64,000 nt of DNA from a bacterium (GCA_003252295.1 QKEV01000007.1:9632-73631); one strand, 5' to 3'. Shown: positions 19,859 to 29,682, numbered from the stretch's first letter. Program-made: numbers and translations. The notes: generated by a model from the sequence alone, not told the origin.

Positions 19859-20101
19859 ATGGGTACTGAAGCCGTTTTTGTTACATTAGCAGTATTATTT
19901 GTACTGTATGTGCTTGCTGCAATATTTATTGCGAGCAGTGGCATTAAAGTAGGTGTATGCTTGGCACTCTTTATTAACATGGCTTTTGGAGCATATGCTT
20001 TGACAGTAGCATATCAGGTTTCTTTACCAAGATTTGCCACTATAGTGTGCTGTATTGCAATAGTTTGCATCTTACTTCTTGTGCTAGTAGGAAAGCGTTA
20101 A
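19859..20101 (+). CDS. Hypothetical small membrane protein (2 TM)
   Basis: 80-aa hydrophobic ORF with a GGGGTGAG Shine-Dalgarno motif and a terminator after it. Confidence 0.45.
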   Translation: MGTEAVFVTLAVLFVLYVLAAIFIASSGIKVGVCLALFINMAFGAYALTVAYQVSLPRFATIVCCIAIVCILLLVLVGKR

Positions 20102-20110
20102 AACAAACAA

Positions 20111-20150
20111 ACAGACATGTCCCGTGTGGTCATGTCTGTTTTATGTTTTA
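20111..20150. terminator. Bidirectional intrinsic terminator (ACAGACATG / CATGTCTGT stem, T-rich on both sides)
   Basis: Read directly; it sits between convergent genes 19859..20101 (+) and 20169..20648 (-). Confidence 0.6.
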
Positions 20151-20168
20151 CGTTATATTCTGTAAGTG

Positions 20169-20648
20169 CTAGTTTGTTACCCATTCACCAAGGCCATTTG
20201 CCTCACAAGCCATTTGTGCGTACTTGATGGATTGATCATCAATCTCATTTTCAGCGTTTGGGTACATGAAAGATATCATTTCAACATTTGTACCTGCGCC
20301 GGTTCTACAGCCACCATAAGGACTTGTTGGGCATGGATCACCTGTAAAAACTCCTGTATCTGCACATGCCATTGCACCCATGTTGCCGTCTAGATATGCA
20401 GAACCCACAAGTTCGATACATACACCGTCTGTTGCAACTGCGTTACAACTGCCTGCATAGTTACCGGTAGCTTTATTCTGTTCGGTATCCTCTTCCTGTA
20501 TCGTATTTTCTAAACTTTTAACTTCGTCATCAATCGCATAACTATCAATAGCAGGTTCATCAGGTGTATTACCTGTCCTCATGAAGAGGTAACCCATTGA
20601 TCCTGCGCCAACAATAATTGCTGTTAAAAATAAATATTTCCACCACAT
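20169..20648 (-). CDS. Hypothetical Cys-rich secreted / N-terminally anchored protein (8 Cys)
   Basis: N-terminal TM/signal anchor and an extracytoplasmic Cys-rich domain. Confidence 0.55.
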   Translation of the reverse strand: MWWKYLFLTAIIVGAGSMGYLFMRTGNTPDEPAIDSYAIDDEVKSLENTIQEEDTEQNKATGNYAGSCNAVATDGVCIELVGSAYLDGNMGAMACADTGVFTGDPCPTSPYGGCRTGAGTNVEMISFMYPNAENEIDDQSIKYAQMACEANGLGEWVTN

Positions 20649-20723
20649 AGCTTATTTTTATTATTAAAATAATTAACTTTAGTATAACAAAAACCCCAGT
20701 TTGCATCCTGAGGTTTTTGTTGC

Positions 20724-20924
20724 TTAGTAGTTCACCTTTACATTTCCATTATCATCAACATCTACCGTGGTACCTCCAGCATCAACATGGGTTCCATTGT
20801 TACCTGTGGTAACTGAAGTATTGCCTGTTTTTACACTCGTACTATTGCTACCGCTTCCAAAAGCAAAATATCCCACAGCTGCTATACCTAGAACAACGAT
20901 AACAATTAAAACAACTTTATTCAT
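20724..20924 (-). CDS. Small secreted/anchored protein, truncated paralogue of the 21012..22076 gene
   Basis: Its C-terminus ...THVDAGGTTVDVDDNGNVKVNY matches ...VHVDAGGTTVDIDDSGAVNVNY of the neighbouring gene, and the 3' flank including the terminator is also duplicated. Confidence 0.5.
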   Translation of the reverse strand: MNKVVLIVIVVLGIAAVGYFAFGSGSNSTSVKTGNTSVTTGNNGTHVDAGGTTVDVDDNGNVKVNY

Positions 20925-20967
20925 AAGGGTAATGATTAGTTACAATAATTACTTTCAGTATATCAAA

Positions 20968-20999
20968 AAACCTCAGTATAAACCGAGGTTTTTTGTGCA
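20968..20999 (-). terminator. Intrinsic terminator for the 21012..22076 gene (AAAACCTC / GAGGTTTT stem plus a U-run)
   Basis: Read directly. A near-identical hairpin (20690..20722) follows the 66-aa paralogue. Confidence 0.5.
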
Positions 21000-21011
21000 A
21001 CTGTGTATTGC

Positions 21012-22076
21012 TTAGTAGTTTACATTTACAGCACCAGAATCATCGATGTCTACTGTAGTTCCTCCTGCATCAACATGTACACCATCATCACCAGCAGTTA
21101 CTGAGGTATCGCCAGTTTTTACGCTAACACCATCATCAGCTATCATGACGTTTGTGTATACATCATCAATTGCCTGTGTCGTTACATTGAGTATGCCAGC
21201 TGTTTTTATCACTGTAGCTTGTTCAGTGGTAACAGAACTATCAGTAATGCTGTAGCTTGCACCTTTTACCTGTGAAGTAATAGTTTTCTTTAATTGAGCG
21301 AGACCAGGTTTTGATGCAAGGAAGCTGTACCAAGGTAGCTTAACTGCAACATCATCTCCATTAACCTCTACTTCTGCGTCAAAGTTCATGTTGAAAAGAC
21401 CAAAGAGTTTTGCAGGCTGTGAGTAGGTCATTGATACACTATTGCCCTTAACTGAAATGTCATCAATAGTGTCATATTCGTCATCAAGCATGTTTACATA
21501 GATATCAAGATCGGCATCGTCTTGGATGTACTCAACTACCGTGTCGCCATCAAAAGAAAGAAGTGCATTTCTTGTTTGAACATCAACACCCCCCTCTGAA
21601 GCCATTACACGCAAAGTTTCCCCGTTTGCAGCGGTAGTACGTATCTGTGTTCCAGAACCAGATGATTGTACCTGTGTTCCGTAAGCATTTACCTCAGTAC
21701 CGTTGTTACCGGTTTTTACTGAAGCACCTGGTGTAGAAACATCAACACCATCATCGTCAACAGAAACATCTACATCACCTGCTGATACCTGTGTCTTGTT
21801 GCCAGTGGTGTTAACTTTTGTACCTCCTGCATTCACATTGACACCATCATCGTCAACATCAACATCAACTCCTGGAAGGTCAACATCAACATCGTCACCG
21901 TCAATATCAACATCAAAACCTGTACCACTTACATCAACTGAATCTCCATCTAGATCAATATCGAGATCACCAAAACTTCCCATCATTTGTGCATGTGCAA
22001 CAAATGTCCATGAAGAAAAAATTAGTGCAGTAATGCCAAGTAGCACGACATTAAAACGTATTGTATTGCTTATCAT
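21012..22076 (-). CDS. Secreted acidic repeat protein (VDVD/DxDxD-rich, possibly cation-binding)
   Basis: Signal peptide (…FVAHAQ) followed by many (V/I)DVD repeats, over 354 aa. Confidence 0.6.
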   Translation of the reverse strand: MISNTIRFNVVLLGITALIFSSWTFVAHAQMMGSFGDLDIDLDGDSVDVSGTGFDVDIDGDDVDVDLPGVDVDVDDDGVNVNAGGTKVNTTGNKTQVSAGDVDVSVDDDGVDVSTPGASVKTGNNGTEVNAYGTQVQSSGSGTQIRTTAANGETLRVMASEGGVDVQTRNALLSFDGDTVVEYIQDDADLDIYVNMLDDEYDTIDDISVKGNSVSMTYSQPAKLFGLFNMNFDAEVEVNGDDVAVKLPWYSFLASKPGLAQLKKTITSQVKGASYSITDSSVTTEQATVIKTAGILNVTTQAIDDVYTNVMIADDGVSVKTGDTSVTAGDDGVHVDAGGTTVDIDDSGAVNVNY

Positions 22077-22289
22077 AGTTTACTAATTATTTGTAATACA
22101 CCGAAAACCCTTTCTGTTGGAGAACAGAAAAAATTAGGGGGCCGATTGGTGATACTTTTAGTATATAGTCAAATTTGATGCCTTGCGCTAGTAGTTATAC
22201 ACATATTTGTATATAGGTTTAAAGAAAAAATTAATAGTTGTTTATGTGAGAATGCCCCACATCTGGTGATTTGATGCGGGGCATTGAAG

Positions 22290-22658
22290 TCATCTTGAGC
22301 TGATAACATGCTCAAAGGTGTCAAAAAAAACTACTGTAGAGTACAACTTAGAAAATATGAGGCTGATTTTGTAATGAATGGTCACATTATTTTTCTTGTC
22401 ATACTCAGCTTCTGAGCTGTACTCAACCACGAGATCGCTTCCAGATAAGAATTTTGCGCAGGACACACCTGGCATGCTTTGCAGGTATTCCTCCAGTATT
22501 GATCTTTCTTTCTCCGGAATAGATATACTCAATTGGTAGGTAGTGTTAACCAGTTCTTCTGTTGTGTTTGTGCTCAGGCCTTGTATGTACACATTTGCAA
22601 AACATGGCGGCGTGATGAACACAAAAATTGTTGCAATGATTAAAAGTATTCGTGACAC
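22290..22658 (-). CDS. Hypothetical small secreted protein
   Basis: Signal peptide and a Shine-Dalgarno-proximal start; 122 aa. Confidence 0.45.
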   Translation of the reverse strand: MSRILLIIATIFVFITPPCFANVYIQGLSTNTTEELVNTTYQLSISIPEKERSILEEYLQSMPGVSCAKFLSGSDLVVEYSSEAEYDKKNNVTIHYKISLIFSKLYSTVVFFDTFEHVISSR

Positions 22659-22804
22659 TATACACCTCCATGAATTTGGATTTATTGGTTACTTTGACTA
22701 CTATAACTCTATTACCATTAGTGCATGTAATACATAACATGTCAAGAGTTTTCCACATGTGACGTGAGAAAACCCAGTACTAACATCTTTTGATGTGTAT
22801 ACAC

Positions 22805-22836
22805 AAAACCCCGTTTGAAACGGGGTTTTGTACCAT
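22805..22836. terminator. Bidirectional intrinsic terminator (AAAACCCCGT / ACGGGGTTTT)
   Basis: Perfect 10-bp stem flanked by A- and T-runs, immediately downstream of the VWA gene stop. Confidence 0.65.
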
Positions 22837-22846
22837 GTTGTAAACT

Positions 22847-24157
22847 TTACTGTAAGGTTTTGAAAGTGTTCTTGTTGTTCGTGTACTGCTTTAGAATCGC
22901 CTGTTCGAGTCCATTGTAGCGTTGTGTATACATAGCATCAGCGTAGGTGACACATTCTGTTCCAACGAGTTCACTTGCATGAATATCGAGCATCATAGCA
23001 GCTTGCTCACGCTTCAACCCCATCATGCATTGATTGTAGGTGTTTGTAACGTAACCAATGTCATACACTTCTTCGATCACCCTGCCGATGGTAAAGTCAG
23101 CCTCATCAAGCATTTGGTTGTACTGGTTAAATGCCTCTTGTAGATCAAGAGCGTTCTTTACTGAGTAGTAGTCACCACCTCCAGCATTTGCAATGCTCTG
23201 TAGCTGTGCTTCATCTTCACCTGCTACATCAAATCCTATAACACTCGTCGTAATACTTGGGTCACCTGCCTTTAATGACTGCACAACACTTACTGGACTA
23301 CCACCACAGGTTTCTTCCCCATCACTCACAAGGAGTATGATATTGTTCTCTGCTTGCTTCGCAAGAAGAATGTTTTTTGCCTTGAGGAGAGAGTCTGCAA
23401 TAGGTGTCCATCCTGTTGCACTAAAGCTGTCTATCTGCTGCTTTGCCTGTGTTGCATTTACAGTGCCAAGAGGAATAACCTCTTCAATACCTACACAGGA
23501 TGTTGCCTTCTCAGCTTCAGTGTTGCCGCCCTTGTGACCATACACAACAAAACTCAAGTTGATACCACCTTCACCAGCTATAGTATCAACAAAATCTTTT
23601 GCTGCTTCTTTAGCAATATCTATCTTTGCTTTACCGTCCACCTGACCTGCCATTGATCCTGAAGCATCAAACACAAGCACAAGGTTGGTTTTTGCAACAG
23701 TATCTTCTGCGGCATACTGACCACTTCGTATTGCTGTATCTTCACATTTTGAGAAGTCAAATGCATTTGCTTCAAGAAGCTGGTTGTATGTAGCCTCACA
23801 ACCTGCTGGTGCGTCTATTGCAACAGTGTTTCCACTTGTTTGCTTTGTACCTGTAGTGGTTGTGCTGTACGAATAATCATCCATATCATCATTACCTGCA
23901 AGGAATGCAAATGCGATGCCTCCTAGAACAAGCAGTACAATAAGTACAAGTAGAATCTTTACAAAAGAATGTTTTTTCTTTGGTTCTTCTTGTTGTGGTT
24001 GTGGTATTTGTTGTGGAGGAATTTCTTGTGGTGCAGGTTGCGTATACTGTGGCTGCGCCATCGGTGTAGGGCTTACCGGTTGTTGACCGTATCCCTGGTT
24101 TCCTTCTGGTGTGTATTCATTCATATGTTCAATCAAAAGTACTGTTAAAAGTCCCAA
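22847..24157 (-). CDS. Membrane-anchored von Willebrand factor A (VWA) domain protein with a Pro/Gln-rich N-terminal tail
   Basis: MIDAS motifs DASGSM…T…SDGEET, one TM after a PQ-rich low-complexity region, and a TTG start that overlaps the upstream gene's stop. Confidence 0.8.
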   Translation of the reverse strand: MGLLTVLLIEHMNEYTPEGNQGYGQQPVSPTPMAQPQYTQPAPQEIPPQQIPQPQQEEPKKKHSFVKILLVLIVLLVLGGIAFAFLAGNDDMDDYSYSTTTTGTKQTSGNTVAIDAPAGCEATYNQLLEANAFDFSKCEDTAIRSGQYAAEDTVAKTNLVLVFDASGSMAGQVDGKAKIDIAKEAAKDFVDTIAGEGGINLSFVVYGHKGGNTEAEKATSCVGIEEVIPLGTVNATQAKQQIDSFSATGWTPIADSLLKAKNILLAKQAENNIILLVSDGEETCGGSPVSVVQSLKAGDPSITTSVIGFDVAGEDEAQLQSIANAGGGDYYSVKNALDLQEAFNQYNQMLDEADFTIGRVIEEVYDIGYVTNTYNQCMMGLKREQAAMMLDIHASELVGTECVTYADAMYTQRYNGLEQAILKQYTNNKNTFKTLQ

Positions 24158-24825
24158 TCACTAGGTTCGTCCTCACCGCTGTCCCATGAGTCACCTTCTG
24201 CTCCACTATAATTGACACCTTGTCCATAGTTTGAACTTTCCCAGTGTTCACCGTTTACACCGTCAAATACGATACCTTGTCCAAAGTTAGTGCTTTCCCA
24301 TTTGCTACCCTCACTGTTTACATACGAAACCGCTTGTCCATCATTTGAACTTTCCCAGCGCTCATTGCCACTGCCAGTAAACTCTAATGCTTGACCCTCA
24401 TTTGCAACGTACCAGGTGTTTCCATTTGTGTAGTTCCAATCTGCATCAATGTCACTTTTACTGACATTAGACATGGTGCCGTCATTTGCTGTGTAGTTGT
24501 AATTAAACATGTCATCAGACCAGCAACCACTACCATCACAGTATTCACGATTCTCATAAACCTCGCCAAAATACTCCTGCATCAATGACTCTCTGTTTGC
24601 ATTCCAGCTATCTACTAATGTGCTCCACGAAAGAATTTCATCGTTCCACTTTAGGTTTTCATCTTGTGCTTTTGAACCATCCCAACTGGCTGCGTATGCA
24701 AGCAATGCAGTTGAGGAAAAAGCAAAAATTACGCCTGTAAATAAAGCGTTTCTTGTAAATGTATTCATGTATTTAAAATACCATGTGACAGCGTCACTGG
24801 TCACATATGCAATCCACACACTCAT
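24145..24825 (-). CDS. Secreted Trp-rich repeat protein (five G..WESSN.GQ repeats), co-transcribed with the VWA gene
   Basis: Signal peptide and tandem ~15-aa W/N/G repeats; the stop overlaps the VWA start. Confidence 0.5.
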   Translation of the reverse strand: MSVWIAYVTSDAVTWYFKYMNTFTRNALFTGVIFAFSSTALLAYAASWDGSKAQDENLKWNDEILSWSTLVDSWNANRESLMQEYFGEVYENREYCDGSGCWSDDMFNYNYTANDGTMSNVSKSDIDADWNYTNGNTWYVANEGQALEFTGSGNERWESSNDGQAVSYVNSEGSKWESTNFGQGIVFDGVNGEHWESSNYGQGVNYSGAEGDSWDSGEDEPSDWDF

Positions 24826-24922
24826 TAAATCAAATTATTGTGACATATTGACATATGTAATATATATCGTATTCTAAAACACAGAACGAATTAACTAAGT
24901 AATTCAAAACTTAACGTGGAGG

Positions 24923-25393
24923 TTGGAGATGAAGGTAAAAAGATACATCATGGTGCTGTTTGTCTTTTTATTCCCAACACTGAATGCGTGTGGCCCAGGC
25001 ACTGGTAGTGCTCTTCCGGGTGCGGGGATAGGCGCAGGTGCTGGAGCTTTAATTGGTCAAGCAATAGGTCACAATACTGAAGCTACACTCATTGGTGCGG
25101 TGGTTGGCATGACCCTTGGCTATATTGTTGGTAATGAGATGGATAAGTACGACCAGCAGCAAATGTTCCAGACAATAGATCAAAACAAGTCTGGTGTACC
25201 TGCCTCATGGGAAAACCCAGACAGTGGTAACCAGTACATGGTGACACCACAACCCGCGTATACTCCTGCCGGACAACCAGACGTGGTATGTCGCAAGGCA
25301 GAAATTCTTGCCACGATTGATGGTAAGACTGAAAAAACGTATACGACTGCGTGCCGTGACGCACAGAGTGGTGAGTGGACACTGCAACAGTAA
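24923..25393 (+). CDS. Lipoprotein with glycine-zipper domain
   Basis: LNAC lipobox, a GxxxG glycine-zipper segment (GAGIGAGAGALIGQAIG) and a C-terminal domain with 2 Cys. Confidence 0.6.
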   Translation: MEMKVKRYIMVLFVFLFPTLNACGPGTGSALPGAGIGAGAGALIGQAIGHNTEATLIGAVVGMTLGYIVGNEMDKYDQQQMFQTIDQNKSGVPASWENPDSGNQYMVTPQPAYTPAGQPDVVCRKAEILATIDGKTEKTYTTACRDAQSGEWTLQQ

Positions 25394-25410
25394 ACAATCG
25401 TTCCTTTGAA

Positions 25411-25450
25411 AATGACCGTTGTGTTCTACACAACGGTCATTGTTTGTTTC
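25411..25450. terminator. Bidirectional intrinsic terminator (13-bp perfect stem AATGACCGTTGTG / CACAACGGTCATT)
   Basis: Read directly; it sits between convergent genes. Confidence 0.7.
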
Positions 25451-25453
25451 TGG

Positions 25454-26425
25454 CTATAAAATACTATTAAAAATGTAGCCGGATAGAATAATTGCAAAGG
25501 TTACAACTCCAAAGAAGGTGACGAGCAGTTGCCACTTCATTACTTTTTTGAGCATGAGACCTTCGGGAACGGAGAGTCCTACGGTGGCCATCATGAAGGC
25601 AAGTATGGTTCCAAGTGATATACCTTTCGCTACAAGAGCTTGAGCAATGGGAATCACCCCTGCGGCACTTGCGTAGAGTGGTACACCAACGAGGACAGCA
25701 ATCGGGACAGACCATACGTTATCTGCACCTACATGTGTCTCAAAAAAATCAGTTGGTACGTAACCATGGATGAATGCACCAAGTCCAACACCCACGAGTA
25801 CGTACAGGTACACCCGTTTGAAAATGGTAAATGCCTCTGAAGAAACTGATCGTATAAATGAAGAATTTTCGGTATGTTCTGTACCCAGGTTGAGCTTGTC
25901 TCCTTCAAGTGCGGTAACCCAGTCAGCAAGGTATCGTTCAAGGTTCAGCTTACCTAGGATGTAGCCGGCAATAACGCTTATTGCAATGCCGGTGAGAACA
26001 TATACTGCCGTAACTTTTGCTCCAAAGAGTCCTAAGAGCATTGCTATAACAACACCGTCAACCAAAGGTGAGCTGATGAGAAATGCCAAGGTGACACCTA
26101 GTGGAATACCACCTTTCACAAAACCTATAAAGAGAGGAACTGAGGAACAGGAGCAGAACGGTGTTACTGTTCCAAGTAGTGAAGCGATGACATACTCAAG
26201 TCCAAAGAGTTTATTTTTTGCAAGGTACTCTCTTACTTTTTCAATTGGGAAAAGAGTATTCACTGCCCCCATGAGGTGTGTGATGAGAAGCAGTAGAACA
26301 AGTATCTTTATGGTGTCGTAAACAAAAAAGTTTACTGAGGAACCCAGTCTCGAGACTGCATCCAAACCAAAGAGCTGATAGGTAAACCAGTCAGCAAACA
26401 CCTGTACTGGGTAAAACAGGTCCAT
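25454..26425 (-). CDS. arsP: Permease of the ArsP/DUF318 family (putative organoarsenical or metalloid efflux permease)
   Basis: TPFCSCSSVP motif characteristic of ArsP-type permeases, 8 TM and an arsR operon context. Confidence 0.7.
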   Translation of the reverse strand: MDLFYPVQVFADWFTYQLFGLDAVSRLGSSVNFFVYDTIKILVLLLLITHLMGAVNTLFPIEKVREYLAKNKLFGLEYVIASLLGTVTPFCSCSSVPLFIGFVKGGIPLGVTLAFLISSPLVDGVVIAMLLGLFGAKVTAVYVLTGIAISVIAGYILGKLNLERYLADWVTALEGDKLNLGTEHTENSSFIRSVSSEAFTIFKRVYLYVLVGVGLGAFIHGYVPTDFFETHVGADNVWSVPIAVLVGVPLYASAAGVIPIAQALVAKGISLGTILAFMMATVGLSVPEGLMLKKVMKWQLLVTFFGVVTFAIILSGYIFNSIL

Positions 26426-26426
26426 G

Positions 26427-26666
26427 CTACTCTGTGCCCTCGAGTAGTTCCTTTACCTCTTCAACTGAAGGCAATCCTCCAACGAGTACAGCATTGCCGT
26501 TTACCGTAAGTATGGGAGTTTTCAGGTAACCCATTTCAATGATTTTTTGAATATCGGTAATGTACTCAACTTCTGCATCAAGACTCAGTTCAGCAACTGC
26601 TTGCTTGGTGTTTTCGAATAGTGTTTTGCAGGTCATACAACCTGAACCTAAAACCTGAATGGTCAT
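26427..26666 (-). CDS. Thioredoxin-fold redox-active disulfide protein (CxxC = GCMTC)
   Basis: 79 aa, thioredoxin-like with a CMTC active site; such proteins commonly pair with DUF318 permeases. Confidence 0.7.
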   Translation of the reverse strand: MTIQVLGSGCMTCKTLFENTKQAVAELSLDAEVEYITDIQKIIEMGYLKTPILTVNGNAVLVGGLPSVEEVKELLEGTE

Positions 26667-26667
26667 G

Positions 26668-26943
26668 TTATTGAATTGTTTTAGCTAGTAACGTTTGATA
26701 ATGTTCTATCACTGCATCGTTTCGTGTGTACATGATCTTGTTTCCCAGACGTTCGCTTTCTACCAAGGAACACTCTTTGAGTACTTTGAGATGATGTGAA
26801 GCAAGGTTTTGGGAAATACCCAACTTGGGAAATATCTCACATACACATAATGAACCACATCTGAGTAGTTTAAGTATTGCCATGCGATTTACATCGTTAA
26901 TGGCTTTGAGGTATTCCGTAAGTGCAATAGTTTCAGTGGTCAT
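26668..26943 (-). CDS. arsR: ArsR/SmtB family metalloregulator
   Basis: Winged HTH and the CVCE metal-binding motif in helix 3. Confidence 0.85.
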   Translation of the reverse strand: MTTETIALTEYLKAINDVNRMAILKLLRCGSLCVCEIFPKLGISQNLASHHLKVLKECSLVESERLGNKIMYTRNDAVIEHYQTLLAKTIQ

Positions 26944-26963
26944 ATATCAATGAGTGTTGATAT
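26944..26963 (-). promoter_or_regulatory. Putative ArsR operator (7-6-7 inverted repeat ATATCAA-N6-TTGATAT abutting the arsR ATG)
   Basis: Perfect inverted repeat overlapping a candidate -10 (TAGTAT) and the start of the transcript. The mRNA would be leaderless or nearly so, because no Shine-Dalgarno motif is present. Confidence 0.3.
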
Positions 26964-27185
26964 ACTACCACAGGTAAAACTATGGTGTCATGTGTATAAA
27001 AGGAGGCAAGTGAAAATTTATCTCACTATTTCAGAAATTCATAGTACACTTAAAACACTGTTCTACTCAATATTCTTTTTTGTTTTTGCGTACAAAATTT
27101 ACAAGCACAAACTCGCTGATAATGTTGAGAAACCTCTAATATTCTAGTTACATAACTAGAATAAAAAGTTACTTCCTATGCACCT

Positions 27186-28220
27186 CTACTTCCCTACTTT
27201 GACTGCGTTTTCAATGAGTTCTTGTGAAAAACCTTGAGGTATCTTCCCTGTTTGTGCGTATTCGTATAGTGCTAGCTTGAAAATAGCACCAAGTGCAGAT
27301 GATATTACCGAAATACAAATCATAGAAATGATAGTGAGTGCTATGACTGGAAACACAACTTCAGCGATAGGTGCAAAAATGATGACTACTACACCGAGTA
27401 TAAGAATAAAAAAGGTAATAAGACCAAAAAAGAGACCAACACCAATATTTATAATGATAGTCTCACCCCATGTTTTTCGTATTGTTGTAGCAGAAACTTT
27501 GAACGAATCAAGAACTGAAGCTTTCCCAATAACAAGAGCGGGAAGACTGAAGTACGTAAGAATATTCCAAGCAGCACCCAAAAGTGCAACAATGATTTTA
27601 CCGATAAGTTTAGAACGATCAGCTATGGCACGCAGAACCACACCGACTGTTGCAGAAATGAGTGACCAAACGAATATCTTACCAACTGCTTGTTGTGCAC
27701 CACGGATACCGTCACTAAAAGTGAGGTCAGAACCATTCATACGACCGTGCGCAATGATGTATATTCCTGCTTGAAAAAAGTTCACGATAAAGAACATCAT
27801 TGTGTAGTAAACGAGTGCTACCACGTAATCTAACGTGCCAACTTGTGTACTCGTGTCATTAAAGGCATTAATGTCAGATTGCATTATGAATACGAAGAAC
27901 AGGAGGGCAAATGTAACAAAAGCAATGATTGAAACTATGCTTGATAAGATTGGAAACCAGAGTATCTCCTTGTCTTGTTTAAGTAGTCCCCATGACTGCA
28001 TCACAACCATTTTACTTCCTCTAAACTTACCTATCTTCTGAGTGGTAGGCTGTGTACTTTGTTCGTAAGGTGTAAAGGGTTCTTGTGGTTGTTCCATGGT
28101 TTGTTGAGTTGAGTTTTGCTCTGGAGGCATACTTAAAAATTTAGTATATAAAGTTATAATAAGTATATCGAAAACACCAAACTTGCATACCATTTTTAAT
28201 GGTGCTTGGTGATAACTCAT
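27186..28220 (-). CDS. Hypothetical polytopic membrane protein with a Q/P-rich N-terminus
   Basis: About 6-7 TM helices; the probable start is MPPEQNST…; I recognise no catalytic motif. Confidence 0.5.
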   Translation of the reverse strand: MSYHQAPLKMVCKFGVFDILIITLYTKFLSMPPEQNSTQQTMEQPQEPFTPYEQSTQPTTQKIGKFRGSKMVVMQSWGLLKQDKEILWFPILSSIVSIIAFVTFALLFFVFIMQSDINAFNDTSTQVGTLDYVVALVYYTMMFFIVNFFQAGIYIIAHGRMNGSDLTFSDGIRGAQQAVGKIFVWSLISATVGVVLRAIADRSKLIGKIIVALLGAAWNILTYFSLPALVIGKASVLDSFKVSATTIRKTWGETIIINIGVGLFFGLITFFILILGVVVIIFAPIAEVVFPVIALTIISMICISVISSALGAIFKLALYEYAQTGKIPQGFSQELIENAVKVGK

Positions 28221-28259
28221 GATATGAGGTTACTGAAGAGAATACTATTCTAGTAGTGT

Positions 28260-29507
28260 TTACACAGGAAACAGGAACCTGCGCACGAGTATCGTTGCGT
28301 GCATCTGGTGCTGGGTAACGTCTATTCGTAGTTCGGGTTCATCTTTTCTGTTCATTACTCCTCCGTATCCATTTGAATCCAGTAAACTCTTCATGTCTGT
28401 GTTTTGAAGGAGGTATGAGTTTGGGTTTGGACCACCCACTTGCCATGAGATGAGCTTCATCATACCCTCGTTAATGACTGCTCCTAACTTCTCCTGTGCA
28501 GCATTGTTCATGGTGAGTCGAGCAAGTTCCCAGGCTACCGCAATACCTTCGTATGCGTACCCAGTGTTTTTTGTACGTTCAAGCGTTTTGTGTGTATCAA
28601 TCATCCAGTACGCAAGGTCTATAGTGCGCTCAGCGTATGGTTCAACTCCTTCCCAACCTGATGTGTAAATCTCATAGAACGACATTGAACTCCATTGGTA
28701 AAAACCTTTCGTTGTTGCACTGTCTGGATCCATCTCCAGAGCATCAAGTACGTTTAAGGTGTACATATGTTCTGCTGATTCCAAAATACGGTCAGAGAGC
28801 TCAGTGTAGCCAGCGTACTTCGCAGCTTTCGTGAGTGCCAGAAGTGATTCTCCATCAAAGTAGGGTGAAGGAGAACCACTTCCTGTTCCGTCTTCGTGTG
28901 AGTACGATGAGTAGAACTGCCCGTTTTCCATTCGTAGTGAAAGTAGGAAGGTGAGGTACTCATCAAGCATAGTTTTGTACTCCTCCCGTTCCTCCTCAGT
29001 AAGGTCAGTTTGCAAAAATTCTGTTAATGATAAACACATGAGTGCAATGGTGCCTGTACTTCCACTCCAATCACTTGGATAGAGTACGTAGCGTCCTCCT
29101 TCTTCTGTCATGTGTGAACGTGAGGAAAAGTATGCCAACCCCTTTTTGAGTGCGGCTTTTGTTGCGTCACTAGGGTGTTCCTTATGGATGAGTGCTATAC
29201 CCCAGAGAGCACCAGCTTGGCGTACCTGGTTGTCTTGGTTAGAGAATGTGTCAGTGAGAAAGTTGTATTCATATACAAAGTTCCCCTCTTCTTCTTGGTT
29301 TTTCAAGAGAAATGCTGTTCCAGCAGCTAGTGATTCATCCAAGAGTGAAGCTGTGAGTATGCCACTGTATTGTAATGTTGAATTATTGTTAGTACTGCTT
29401 TCGTTTGCCCCTGAAAACTGCTTAACAGTGAAAAAAAGAAGCAAACACGCAATAGCAAGTAAAACAACAACATTTAGTTTTTTTGAAATATTTTTCATGT
29501 AATTCAA
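28260..29507 (-). CDS. Hypothetical secreted protein, possibly alpha/alpha-toroid (prenyltransferase/squalene-oxidase-repeat-like) fold
   Basis: Signal anchor and repeated aromatic/Gly-rich segments (QAGALWGIA, YAYEGIAVAW). The fold assignment is a guess. Confidence 0.4.
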   Translation of the reverse strand: MNYMKNISKKLNVVVLLAIACLLLFFTVKQFSGANESSTNNNSTLQYSGILTASLLDESLAAGTAFLLKNQEEEGNFVYEYNFLTDTFSNQDNQVRQAGALWGIALIHKEHPSDATKAALKKGLAYFSSRSHMTEEGGRYVLYPSDWSGSTGTIALMCLSLTEFLQTDLTEEEREEYKTMLDEYLTFLLSLRMENGQFYSSYSHEDGTGSGSPSPYFDGESLLALTKAAKYAGYTELSDRILESAEHMYTLNVLDALEMDPDSATTKGFYQWSSMSFYEIYTSGWEGVEPYAERTIDLAYWMIDTHKTLERTKNTGYAYEGIAVAWELARLTMNNAAQEKLGAVINEGMMKLISWQVGGPNPNSYLLQNTDMKSLLDSNGYGGVMNRKDEPELRIDVTQHQMHATILVRRFLFPV

Positions 29508-29682
29508 GTAATAAGCTTTGAATGTTCAGTTTACTTCCCTGATACATTGAGCAGATCCTATACGTTTTGTATTGTATCTATTTTTTTAATTCAGTAAACT
29601 GTTTTTACTGATTCCATCGTGCTCTAAACATGGTGTGTCTATTGAACCCTAAACCCTTGACTTTTCGGAAAATATTGGCATA

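Noticed and set aside
26950-27147. 65-aa + strand ORF upstream of arsR
   Set aside because: It lies in the AT-rich divergent promoter region, has no Shine-Dalgarno motif, and its Phe/Ile/Lys-rich translation is what AT-rich DNA gives by chance.
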